Assembly: GCA_965287045.1 (NCBI GenBank)
Contig: OZ336874.1
Location: forward strand, 53,382,001 to 53,446,000
Direction of reading: 5' to 3'
Source: Carcharhinus amblyrhynchos
Taxonomy: Eukaryota
DNA: 64,000 nucleotides
Under the pieces are notes generated by a model. It had not been told where the DNA came from. It saw only the letters and a list, made by a program, of their open reading frames with translations, and ran no database searches. Below are positions 49,449 to 61,659 of this stretch, one piece after another. Every line of letters starts with the position of its first letter. The first letter of the stretch is position 1. Position numbers and translations under genes: made by a program.

Positions 49449-51572
49449 TCTGCAACTTACACTCGGCAAGCTTACAATGGCTCAATTATCCTAGTTTCAG
49501 GAGCGATCACAGCTCCAATGCAAAAACACTACCCTATCTTCTACATAGCTAAAGGTAGAAGCCGATGGAGTGGATATTTTCATTAGGCTTGGCTTCAGAT
49601 TTGAAGACCCCCATCAGAGCACATGTTAACACTTTCGATGACTTTACATGATTATTTCCTTCCTTAGTGGTTTTGGGAGATTAATCTGTGCTGTAATTTC
49701 CTCATGTTGGCAGATCAGTTCCAGGATTTGGTTGTAGACATCTAGCATCAACAGATGGTAGATCATCTTCATCAGTAAAATTTAGATCAAATATCTTGCA
49801 GGTTCATGCAACCGAGTAGATGTCATGCTTAGCCATACTACTATTGCAGAGACGTCGGCAATGGTGAAGCAACTTGCAATGTTTAAGATTACATGATTAC
49901 AGTGATTTCACACATGACTGAAAATCTTGTTATGCGAGAAGGGTTGGAGGCAGAATCAGCGACAGACAGTGTACTTCAGAAAGTAAGCTAGTATCTATAA
50001 TTCAAATAGCTTTGTGAAATAGTGGAAGAATTGATTCCGTACTACAAAGTACGCAACGAGTTTGCATTGTTTGGTGATAACTATATTGCAAACTGAATTT
50101 GAACGGTTATCCCCAAAGCGCTAAAGCAAAGCGTATTATATCTTATCCATGCAGGACAAGATGTTAAGATGAAACAACAATCCTGTGAATCAGTCTGTTG
50201 GCCAGGGATAGATTGCTGCATGCGAGAGTTCATTGGTGTAGCTTGTACACTCAGTGAAAAATCTGTTAAACCATGTCCCACCTCTCCAGCTCCAACCCCA
50301 TGACCAACAAAACCATGGCAACAATTCCAAGTAGATACTTTTGGAGAAGAGGAAGCAGTCCCTAGGAATCAATGATTTTTGCTTGTTGTTCATGGTGGGG
50401 CCGTGAGAGGTCAGTCTATAAATTATTCTTTGAGTGCTGGACCCCACTCCCGCCAGTGACAAACTTCCCCAATCACCCCACCGTCTGCTTTCTTTCACTG
50501 GCTATTTTTTGACCATCAGAGGGAATCTGCCTGCTGACTAAAATGTTCCAGCCGGTGTTGGAAATCGAGCTTTAATTGCTTCAGTTGGTTCATTGCTGCT
50601 TGTGGGGCAGGTATCTGTTGTGCCTCTGATCCAGCTTTTGTTGAAAATGGCTCAGAGCTGGGCAAATGCCAGCAAACCGGTCTGTCACTAACACTGTGGA
50701 AGTTGCCAGAGAAGTGCACGATGGCAGACTATTGGTCAACAAACTGCACATTGAGAGATTAGCATGCTTTCCTGTTCATGTGTACCTGGCAATTTTTGCA
50801 GGGAGCCGTATGAATTCCACCACCGATCCTGGAGCTTGAGAAATGCTGGTATTCATTAAAACTACAGTGTTCTGTTTTGTTAATGCAAGTTGTCCAAGGG
50901 AAAACTAATGAAGTCATTGGCTCTAGAGAATAATGAATCTGCAAATTGCTCATTGCATTTGTACAGCTGTTTGATCTACACATCTCTCCAGTGACAAAGT
51001 GGAATTTTAAAAATGGCTAAGTGGTTGAACGTGGTGACAACCTGAGCAAACACTGGCAAAATCCAATGGTAATGGGTGCAAGTCTGCTTGCAACATAACT
51101 CACTGACAGTTTTATTTAATAATGTGAAATGTCCACACATTATTCTCCAAGTTAGGAATACATCTGCTGAAATACAATGATGCTGGGGGGTTAGTGATGG
51201 GCGGAGTGTTATGGTGCAGCCTCACCACCTTTCATTTCATTCCATGCACTTTCCAAGAAATAAAGTTAGAGAGAAATCCTCTTAGGAAGCTCATTAGACC
51301 CTGGCTCCATAATGCCCATATTTTCTGTGCTAGTGGCACTTGGGTAAAGACATTAATCTTGTTTTTATGTTGTATTCAAGTCCTTGGGACTGCAGTGTTG
51401 GCATTGACCTCCATGGCTATGTGCTCCAATTTCCTTTTAAGCACTTGTCTGAAGTGCCTTTTTGTCCCCTGTGGGAAGAGGATTTCTTTCCTCTTGAATA
51501 CCTCTTGCATTAGGGCCTTGACTATTGCACCAACAAATTGGGAAAGCTACACTCTGCCATCCTTTACCATAT

Positions 51573-51865
51573 TTATTTATTATGTCACAATGAGGCTTAC
51601 ATTAACACTAAAATGAAGTTAGTGTGAAAATCCCCCAGTTGTCACACAGTCCGGCACCTGTTCAGATACACTGAGGGAGAATTATGCATGGCCAGTGCAC
51701 CTAACCAGCGTGTCTTTCAGATAATGGAAGGAAACCGGAGCAGCCGGAGGAAACCCATGCAGACATGAGGAGAGGGTTCAAACTGCAGAGTGACCCAAGC
51801 CAGGAACTGAGCCCAGGTCTCTGGTGCTATGAGGCAGCAGTGCTAACCACTGTGCTACACTGCCC
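51573..51865 (-). mobile_element. HE1/V-SINE-type SINE, tail B
   Basis: Head/core/tail B on the minus strand. Confidence 0.9.
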
Positions 51866-53454
51866 CAACTACCCCCAGCACCTTTTGCAGCTAGCATGCA
51901 CATGCAGGCTACTTTCATGTAGTACAGACTCATCTGAAGTGGTGCTAGCCTCACATGAACTTGGGACCCCTGCTGAGGCATGCAGCCACTCAGCAGCATG
52001 TTTAGCGCTGGTCTGCATGTCACTATCATATCAGTAAACAGGCAGTATGAAGTTTGCATGCTGCCTGCATTACATTGACCTGATGCGAGTTAATTATTAT
52101 TGCAATGTCCACAAACATCTTTGGAGACAATCCATTTTTTAAATTCACTCATGGTATTTGGGTATCACTGGCTGGCCAGCATTTATTGCCCATCCCTAGT
52201 TGCCCTTGGAGGGCAATTGAGAGTCAACCACATTGCTGAGGCTCTGGAGTCACATGTAGGCCAGGCCGGATAAGGACGGCAAATTTCTTTTTCTAAAGGA
52301 CATCAGTGAACCAAATGGGTTGACTTTTTATTTAGCACAACAGATTTGATGACGGTTGGATAAGACTTGGAGTAAATAAGACGACAGTGACAGGAACTGA
52401 TGTGTGTGACACTATTACAATGTTAGTGCTTGAGATTCATTAACTTGCTTAAAAACAAACTGGGGCTCCTCGCACCTTCTAAAAATGATAGCAGACAATA
52501 GGCTGGGCACTAAAATGGATGGGAGTAAGGATTACTGGATAACCAATTCATTGCCAACTCCATTTGCTCAAATATCAGCCCAAAATCAGAAGCAACATAA
52601 GAAATTGAGGCCAGTCATTCCTCCAAGCCAACCCTCCTCGCTATTAATATTTAATCCAAAATATTTATATTTCAACTGAAATAACATAAAACACAACATT
52701 AAGGTTAATCTTTTTTATCCTTTCTTTTCAAAAGAGGTGATAGTCCCTCTATAAGTGCAAGTTAATGCAACCCTGATGATTCTTTTCTACTTTATCTCCA
52801 TGAGAAAGCCCACTTTGGTAAGAGGGTTGGAAAATGTGCTTTACATCCCTGGGCACGATAGGTTGGAGGTAAGATTGTTTTATCACCAGCTCTACAGGAT
52901 CCCAACATCAAGATTCAAACAAAAATCTCAGCTCTCCCACACTGCTGTTGCTTTTCTATTGCAAACTCTCAGATTAAAAAGCAACTTGCAACATGTCAAA
53001 GCATGCTGTTTAATTTAACACATTGAGTAGCACTTGCTAACATTAAAATCACCGCCCTGAAAAATACATTCCTTCCACCTCTTCCCATTGACAAACTGCC
53101 TGAAGTGATTATATTCTTCTTCCTTGTGTGGTCTATTCAAATGTCAGGATTATTTGCTGCATTTCACAGGCTTTGTAATGAGATAGAATTGTAAGCGATT
53201 TGCAGAGGCACAATAGGTTAGTATGTAACAGGCTCTTTAAGTTTTTCCAACGGCCATTAAGAGAGCAGGAATGAATTCAGAATTAAGGATTTATGTTAGG
53301 CTTGTTGAGTTGGTAGCAGTGCTTTATTCCTCCACTTAGATTCAGCCAGGGTCTTTCTCTTTTACTGAAATAATCCAAGTATCCCTGCATTGATTGTGAA
53401 CCTCAAAACCTTTATAGGTTTGTTTTTGTTTTTTTATTTTAAATTTAAATGTGT

Positions 53455-54715
53455 ACGGCTTGCCTCAAGCAGTATCACCCCCCACCTCTGTATTGGAAAG
53501 TTATGGGTTCTGGTGTCACCTCAAGAATGAAGCACATAGTCTAAATTGGCACTCCAGCCAGATATTGAGGGAACACTGCATTGTCAGAGAGCTTACTGCA
53601 GTTCTTGAGACATAAAACTATTATCCCATCAATACGTTGAGTTATACAGCAAAGATCTAACTGAACTATTTAGGGGTGATGGCGGCACAGTGGTACTGCC
53701 ACTGAACTAGTTATCCAAAGGCCAGGCTAATGCTCTTGGGACATGGGTTTGAATCCCACTGCAGCAGCTGGTGGTATCTAAATTCAATTAATAAATCTGG
53801 AATATAAAGCTAGTCTCAGTAATGGTGACCATGAAGTTATCACCAATTGATGCAAAACTCGTGTGGTTCACAAATGTTCTTTGAGCGTCTGACTAAAGAA
53901 GTTCCTCCTCATCTTGGTCGTCAATGCCCTACCTTCTGAGACTGCTTTCCCTGGTTCTAAACACCATCACCCCAACCAACCAGGGAAACATCCTTCCTGT
54001 ATCTACCCTGTCAAGCTCTGCAAGGATGTTATACACTTCATAGAATCATAGAATTCCTCCAGTGCATAAGGAGGCTGGTCAGCCCATCGAGTCTGCACTG
54101 ACAATAATCTCATCCAGGCCCTATCCCGTAACCCCACTTACACTGCTAATCCTCCAACACTAAGGGGCAATTTAGCATGGTCAATCATCCTAATCCGCAG
54201 ATATTCAGGACCAATGAGATCACCTCTTCTAAACTCAAGAGAATGTTGGCCCAATCTTTCCTCGTAGGACAATTCTGCCATCCCAGGCATTAGTCTGGTA
54301 GCCTTCATTGCACTCCCTCAGTCACCAGTATATCCTTCCTTAGGCTAGGGAATCTGCCATCCTTCCCCAGTCTGGCCCACATGTGACCCCAGACCAGGAG
54401 AATGTGGTTGACTCTTAACTGCCTTCCAAGGGCAATTAAAGAAGGGCAATAAATGTTGGCCTTGCCACCGATACCTATGTAAGTACAAAGAAAAAAAAGA
54501 GCAGAATTTTTCCAGTGTTATCTGTACCTCAAACAATATAACCAGAAAAATAGATTAACTGGTCATTCATCTGCATAGTGACAGAAGGGGTGCTGCTGAA
54601 AAAGATTGACTACTCTATTTTGCCTGAACAGCAGACATCACCGCAATTCAGATAGTAATTGATAATGTAAACTGCTTTGAGAAGTTATGATGTGGTGATG
54701 CACCACAGAAATGAC
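53455..54715 (+). mobile_element. Deu-domain SINE split by three nested insertions
   Basis: Halves 53455-53672 and 54495-54715; inside, a second-family SINE, then CR1(-), then an HE1 tail(-). Confidence 0.7.
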
Positions 54716-54896
54716 AGAATACGTGACCACCCACAAAAACGGCTGTCATCATTACTGGCAGTGTTTTATAAAACATTCTATTCCATTTTATCCTTTAAGT
54801 TCCAGCCTTAAATAGGTAATTCAGTTCTTTGAGAAACACACAGGAACACATCTACAATCTACGTGACCCAGAATGTCTAATTGATAAGCAGCATGT

Positions 54897-55185
54897 TGGC
54901 ACAGTGATAAGCACTGCTGCCTCACAGCACCAAGGGCCCAAGTTCAGTTCCCAGCTTGGGTCACTGTCTGTGCAGAGTCTGCACGTTCTGCCCGTGTCTG
55001 CATGGGTTCCCTCTGGGTGCTCCAGTTTCCTCCCACAGTCCAAAGGACATGCTGGTTAGATGCATTGGCCATGCTAAATTCTTCCTCCGTATACCTGAAC
55101 AGGCACCGCAGTGTGGTGACTAGGGGATTTTCACAGTAACTTCATTGCACAAGTAAAACTACTTGTGACACCTTTAAACTTTAAA
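54897..55185 (+). mobile_element. HE1/V-SINE-type SINE, tail B
   Basis: Full head/core/tail B. Confidence 0.92.
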
Positions 55186-55925
55186 TTAAATCATGCTAAA
55201 ATGCAAAGTCATATTTTAGCATATCTATTAGGTGCATGTAAAAAGCAGAGGTCAAGTGGTTTATGTAAAATATATTACAAGGGTGATTTTGACCCTGCAT
55301 TGGCCATGCACAGGATTGCCGACATGGGCGCAAAATTCAGAGAGAATCGGAAAATGCAACAATTGGCGTTTGCTGGCGAGATCATGATTTCTGATTTTCA
55401 ACCCCCCTTGCTGGTGGAGTAATGTGAAAAACACTGCAAAAGACTGGGAACCTCATTTAGTATGTCATCAGCAAGTCATTCACATGTTAATAGCAAGCAC
55501 TCACCTCCCCCCTCCAATATTCAGCGGGCACTGGTGTGATATTATGCCACTGCAATTTACAACAGCTTTATAAAACTTGGTAAATATGTGGGATTATGGG
55601 TGGGGATAGGGCCTGGGTTGGATGGTTGTAGTCGGTGCAGACTAGACGGTCTAAATGGCCTCCTTCTGCACTGTAGGGTATTCCAACAACGAACTTACTA
55701 CCTCCAGAGGTGAGAGCAGCAGTGTGAAGAAGACTATGTCTGACCCGGGGGAAGATGGACCACCTTTGTCAGGTTACGCAAGGGCTGGAACCAAATGGAT
55801 TGGGAGATCATCCATTGCCGGTGGTCCTGAAATTTGACAGCACTCTGAACTTCTATGCCAGTGGCTTATTTCAGGACTGTGTGGGTGACCTGTGCAACAA
55901 CTCCCATTCAGCTATGCACAGGTTA

Positions 55926-58534
55926 TGATTAAGGATAGCATCACGGTGGTAGCAAGGGATGATATTGGAGCCAAGGAGCAGAGGGTGGAATCGTTGTGGG
56001 TGGAGATTAGGAACAGCAAAGGGAGGAAGACGCTGGTGGGTGTCGTCTATAGGCCCCCGAATAATGATCTGGAGGTGGGGCGAGCTGTTAACGCGCAAAT
56101 AAGTGCGGCGTGCAGGAATGGGACGGCCGTAGTTATGGGGGATTTCAATCTGCATATTGATTGGTCGACCCATGTTGGACGCGGGGGGCTCGAGGAAGAG
56201 TTCTTGGAATGCTGCCGGGATAGTTTCCTCGAACAGTGTGTGTTGGAGCCGACGAGGGAGCGAGCTATCTTGGATCTGGTGCTATGTAATGAGGCGGGTA
56301 GAATTAGGGACCTTGTGGTGAAGAATCCTCTTGGGGAGAGTGATCATTGTATGGTGGAGTTTCTGGTGCAGATGGAGGAGGAGAAAGTGCGTTCCCGGAC
56401 ACGCATCCTTTGTTTGAATAGAGGGGAGTATGGTAGGATGAGAGAAGAATTGGCGAATGTGGACTGGGGGAGCGCGTTGGAGGGAGGGTCTGTTGAGGAG
56501 CAGTGGAGGATCTTTAAGGAGATCTTTCTTGGTGCTCAGCAGAAATTTATTCCGATGGTCAAAAAGGATAGTAGGAGGAGAGGTAATAAGCCGTGGATAA
56601 CGAAGGAGGTGAAGGAAAGTGTTAAACTAAAAGCGGAGGAATTTAGAGTAGCTAAGAGTAGTGGGCGAGAAGAGGATTGGGAGAGGTTTAAATGTCAACA
56701 AAGATTGACAAAGAAGTTGATAAAGAAGGGTAGGAGAAACTATGAAGCTGGGCTAGCGCTTAATATAAAAAAGGATAGCAAGAGTTTTTATAAATATATA
56801 AAAAGGAAGAGGCTGGCTAGGGTGAATGTTGGTCCTTTAGAGGATGAGAAAGGGGACCTAGTGGTAGGGGATGGGGATATGGCTAAGGTATTGAATAACT
56901 TTTTTGTTTCTGTCTTCACGGAGGAGGACGTGAATAATTTGCCGGGTGTTAGCGATGGAAAGGTGGTAGGACTGGAGGGTCTTAATGACATTACTGTTAC
57001 TAGAGAGGCGGTGCTCAACAGACTGGAGGGGCTGATTGTGGACAAGTCCCCAGGACCGGATGGAATGCATCCGAGGGTTCTGAAAGAAATGGCGGAGGTT
57101 ATAGTGGATGCCTTGGTGGTTATTTTCCAGACGTCGCTGGATTCCGGGGAAGTGCCGGATGATTGGAAAACGGCTAAAGTTACGCCGTTGTTTAAGAAGG
57201 GTGCCAGGCAAAAGGCGGGGAATTATAGGCCGGTTAGTTTAACGTCTGTGGTAGGTAAAATGTTAGAATCTGTCATTAAGGAGGAAATTGCAAGGCATCT
57301 TGAAGGGAATTGCTTGATAGAGCAGACGCAGCACGGTTTCATTAAAGGGAAGTCGTGTCTGACAAATTTACTGGAGTTCTATGAGGATGTGCCTAGGGCG
57401 GTGGATAGAGGAGAGCCGGTGGATGTGGTCTTTCTAGATTTTCAGAAGGCGTTTGACAAAGTACCTCACAAGAGGTTATTGCAGAAGGTCGAGGGACATG
57501 GAGTTGGGGGTAGGGTGTTAGCGTGGGTGGAGGATTGGTTGTCAAATAGGAGGCAGAGAGTGGGGGTCAACGGGTGCTATTCGGATTGGCGGATGGTGAC
57601 TAGTGGAGTGCCCCAGGGGTCGGTGCTGGGGCCTCAGCTTTTTACCATTTATATAGATGATCTGGAGGAGGGAACCGAGTGTAGAGTGTCGAAATTTGCT
57701 GATGACACCAAGATTGGGGGAATGGCAAATTGTGCGGAGGGTGTGGAGAGTCTACAGAAGGATCTAGATAGGCTGGGCGAATGGGCCAGAAAATGGCAAA
57801 TGGAATTTAATGTTGGCAAGTGTGAGGTGGTCCACTTTGGTAGGAAGAATGGTAGGAAGGACTATTACTTACGGGGCGAAAAACTGCAGCAGGCCACGGT
57901 GCAGAGGGACCTCGGGGTCCTTGTGCATGAGTTGCAAAAACCCAGCTTGCAGGTGCAGCAGGTGGTCAGGAAGGCGAATGGGATGCTGGCCTTCATAGCG
58001 AGGGGGATTGAATATTAAAGTAGGGAGGTCTTGCTGCAGCTGTATAGGGCATTGGTGAGGCCGCAGCTGGACTACTGTGTGCAGTTTTGGGCGCCGCACC
58101 TGCGCAAAGATATTTTGGCCTTGGAGGGAGTGCAGAGGAGGTTTACTAGGCTGATACCGGAGTTGAGGGGGTTGAACTATGAGGAGAGGCTGAATAAACT
58201 AGGCTTGTACTCGTTAGAGTTTAGAAGAATGAGGGGAGATCTCATTGAGACGTATAAGATGATGAATGGGATGGATAGGATAGAGGTGGAAAGACTCTTC
58301 CCGCTCAAAAAAGACAGTAGGACTAGGGGGCACAGCCTCAAGATAAAAGGGGGGCGGTTTAGAACGGAGTTGAGGAGGAACTTCTTCACTCAAAGGGTGG
58401 TGACTCTCTGGAATTCTCTGCCCGTTGAAGTAGTGGAGGCTGCCTCGCTAAATATTTTTAAGACGCGGGTTGATGGGTTTTTGATAAGAGAGGGGATTAA
58501 GGGTTATGGGGAGAGGGCAGGAAAGTGGAACTGA
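55926..58534 (+). pseudogene. CR1 ORF2 (APE endonuclease + reverse transcriptase), N-truncated, one in-frame TAA at 58016-58018
   Basis: Motifs GDFN, SDH, QHGF, DFQKAFD, GVPQGSVLGP, FADD; ORFs 55892-58018 and 58031-58534 are in the same frame. Confidence 0.95.
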
Positions 58535-58635
58535 GCAGCGACAGATCAGCCATGATCTTATTGAATGGCGGGGCAGGCTCGAAGGGCTGGATGGCCTACT
58601 CCTGCTCCTATTTCTTATGTTCTTATGTTCTTATG
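55926..58635 (+). mobile_element. Young 5'-truncated CR1 LINE (HER1-like)
   Basis: Continuous ORF2, canonical 3' UTR, (TTCTTATG)3 tail; CpG-rich relative to flanks. Confidence 0.97.
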
Positions 58636-59364
58636 AAATCACAGATGTACTATTCGTGAGGACCCACATGTTCATCAACCTGGATTGAGACCAGATGAAC
58701 CAAGACACCAGGGGCATGGGCTTTGCCCACTTAGCAGGCATACCTCAGGGGTAGAGTGTTATCGCCTGCATGCTGCCGTCTTCATGAAGGCATACAGCAC
58801 CGTTCATGAATCTCAAGGGATACCACCCCCTCAATGTTCAGGATGCAGCTCTGTGCTCATTTCCCAGGGAGTACCCACGACAGCTACATCTTGGGGTGCC
58901 CATAGATGCCAGCCATCTTAGAGGGAGAGCAGACATGGAAGGATGACTCGTGAGGAACAGGGGATGTCCCCTCAGGAGGTGGCTGATGAACCAGTGCGGA
59001 AGCCACAAATACCCACTGAGATTCGATAAAATGAGGCTCTTGCATCAATGCATGTGCTGGTTGAGCAGCCCATTGGACAGATCAGGATGCAGTTCCGGAT
59101 TGTGGACTGTTCTGGGGTAAGCCTTGGAATCCAGCTCCCAGAGGGTATCCCACATCATTGTGGTCAGCTGGGCTCTCTACAATTTGGCACTGTAGCCTGG
59201 AGGAGCATGCAAAAGGTGTTAGGAACATGTGAAGTGGCTGGGTGAGAGAACACTATGGAGATGTGAAGGGTATGTGAAGGGGTGCAGCAGGAGACATCAA
59301 AAAGCAGACTTAGCTGCGCGAAGAAGGTAATTCATCTTCTTACAGCACTGTTGCCCCGTCCTAG

Positions 59365-59925
59365 AGTCATAGAGGTTTACAGTATGGAAACAGGCCCTCC
59401 GGCCCAACTTGTCCATGCTGCACTTTTTTTTAAATATCTAAGCTAGTCCCAATTGCTCGCATTTGGCCCATATCCCTCTACACCCCCATCTTACCCATGT
59501 AATTGTTCAAATGCTTTTTAAAAGATAAAATTGTACCTGCCTCTACGACTAGCTCTGGCAGCTTGTTCCAGCTACTCACCATGCTGTGTGAAAAAGTTGC
59601 CGCTCTGAACCCTTTTGTATCTCTCCCCCCTCATCTTAAACCTATGCCCTCTAGTTTTATACTCCCCTACCTTTGGGAAAAGATACTGACGATCTAGCTG
59701 ATCTGTGCCCCTCATTATTTTATAGACCTCTATAAGATCACTCCATCAGCCTTCTACACTCCAGAGAAAAAAGTCCCAGTCTATCCAGCCTCTCATTATA
59801 ACTTAAACCATCAAGTCCCAGTAGCATCCTAGTAAATCTCTTCTGCACTCTTTCTAGTTTAATAATATCCTTTCTATAATAGGGTGACCAGAACTGCGCA
59901 CAGTATTCCAAGAGTGGCCTTACCT
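59365..59925 (-). mobile_element. CR1 3' fragment
   Basis: 'VRPLLEYCAQFWSPYYRKDIIKLERVQKRF' and 3' UTR. Confidence 0.93.
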
Positions 59926-60779
59926 GTTGAGTACGGAGCTGGCACTCGCTAAAGCTGCTATTGCATCCTAGGTAGGGGTAGTGACCTTGATGGAAGGACA
60001 TTTGCGGGAATGTGGGTTATCAGACTTCCCGCCTCTGCTCCACACCATCCAAGATTTTGGTCAGGGCTCCCTCAGAGAATCTTGGTACTGGCTTCCTGAC
60101 AGCCATCCCATCATCTGCATCTGGAACACGTTCTGGGGAACTGTTTAAAAGGAGCGCTGATTCAGAGGTTACATTTTCCTGAGTTGAGCAAATCAACAGT
60201 TAGCCATGCACAAGCGCATCATGAATCACACAGGTAATAACAACTTTGTTAAAGAGGCTGAATATTCTGTGAGATTTCCCACTCAGTGCTAGCAAAAATC
60301 TCTCCAATTTTCTGACTGGAACCCACACTTTGGGTACAATTTTGGCTTTTTCTTCTGACGTGTTGTGAAGCTCATATCTCATTATTGCATCAAATGCTAT
60401 TTCTTCTTCCTTCAATAAACCTTCAAACTACAAGCCTGTTTTGAGACTTTCTAATTTGAAACTTTTTTTTTTCTGGTTCAATGTCCCCATGGATTATTTT
60501 TGAGTTCTCTTCAATCCAGCTCCATAAAACCCCTTGGTAATTTAGAACTCCAAATCCCACAACCAGCCTGGTCCTTTTTCTCAGGACTCTTGTCAAAGCA
60601 AAAAAAAATTTTAAATAGTGAATATATTCTAAAGAACGACATTTTTTTTAAGATTAAAACACGTCTCAGGGCGCAGGTGACATCGGCATGCTCCTCAGCT
60701 ACTTTTAACAGACCGTAGAAAATTGTTGCCTCGTGCAGGCAATTGAACTTGAGATTTAAACAAGATTAAAATAAAATGT

Positions 60780-60913
60780 TTTAAAATGTATTCATTAGTC
60801 ACAAGTAAGGCTTACATTAACAGTGCAGTGAAGTTACTGTGAAATTCCCCCGGTCGCCACGATCTGGCACCTGTTTGGGTCAATGCACCTAACCAGCAAG
60901 TCTTTCAGACTGT

Positions 60914-60944
<31 letters not shown>

Positions 60945-61062
60945 ATGCAGACGCGGGGAGAATGTGCAAATTCCACACAGACAGTGATCCAAGCCAGGAA
61001 TTGAATCTGAGTCGCTGGCACTGTTAGAAAGCAGTGCTAACCACTGTGCCACCGTGCCGCCA
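60780..61062 (-). mobile_element. HE1/V-SINE-type SINE, tail B
   Basis: Full head 'ggcggcacggtggcacagtggttagcact', core, tail B. Confidence 0.93.
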
Positions 61063-61307
61063 TATAAAATATACAACTGTGGGAACAATGGCCAATTAAA
61101 TTCAATTTAATACAGTGGGATGTAAAGTATCAAATGAAGGAAGAAAAGGTTGGCAGCACACATACACCATGTACCGTGTCAAAATAGTTGAAGGTTCATT
61201 TGAAATAGATACCAGAAGGCCCAGATTTCAACATGTCCAATCACTGCTGAGCAATAATCAAGAAAGCAAAGTGATTCTGAAGTACATAGCCAAAATAATG
61301 GAGCATT

Positions 61308-61659
61308 TGTGGCACAGTGGTTAGCACTGTCGCCTCACAGCAGCAAGGACCCAGGTTCAATTCCAGCCTTGGGTGTCTGTCTGTGTGGAGTTTGTATGTT
61401 CTCACCATGTCTGCGTGGGTTTCCTCTGGGAGCTCCAATTTTCTCCCTCATTCCAAATATGTGTAGTACAGGTGGACTGGTCACAGTAAATTATGTAGGT
61501 TAGATGGATTAGCCACAAGAAATGTGCAAGTTACAGGGATAGGGCTGATGGATGGGGGTATGTTGTAGGTGTTGGACTGAGGTAAGATGCTCTTTTGGAG
61601 AGTCAGTGCAGATTTGATGGGCCAAATGATCTCCTTCTGCACTATAGGGAATCTATGAT
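61308..61659 (+). mobile_element. HE1-type SINE, tail A
   Basis: Head, core, tail 'ccttctgcactatagggaatctatga'. Confidence 0.9.

Larger units (their letters stand above)
47675..50410 (+). mobile_element. Decayed Gypsy element: 5' LTR, PBS, gag, RNase H/integrase remnant
   Basis: LTR ~47675-47959 ending 'caaca', TGG at 47964; gag 'EGQQIF...ALRKYFGLKKSVII...FGTLTNGLIQYQLIEKT...IRECLF'; integrase 'VIPKALKQSVL..IHAG...WPGID...TKPWQQFQVD'. Confidence 0.8.
55281..60350. mobile_element. Decayed two-gene PIF/Harbinger element hosting two CR1s and a SINE tail
   Basis: Transposase (+) 55690-55925 'LNFYASGLFQDCVGDLC...AMHR' resuming at 58635 'EITDVLF...FPGSTHDSYIL...VEQPIG...ALYNLAL'; Myb-like (-) 59930-60115 'PRFSEGALTKILDGVEQRREV'. 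Confidence 0.85.

Noticed and set aside
49800-49985. Apparent host exon with 8 bp duplication frameshift and gtaagc donor
   Set aside because: The frame is collinear with the Gypsy RNase H-integrase remnant that continues to 50410.
56788-58389. Antisense and alternate-frame ORFs in the CR1
   Set aside because: By-products of G-rich codon bias in ORF2.
60330-60560. Minus-strand ORF 'FEGLLKEEEIAFDAIMRYEL' as a host exon
   Set aside because: Weak splice sites; better explained as a decayed Gypsy RT/RNase H linker or the Harbinger end.
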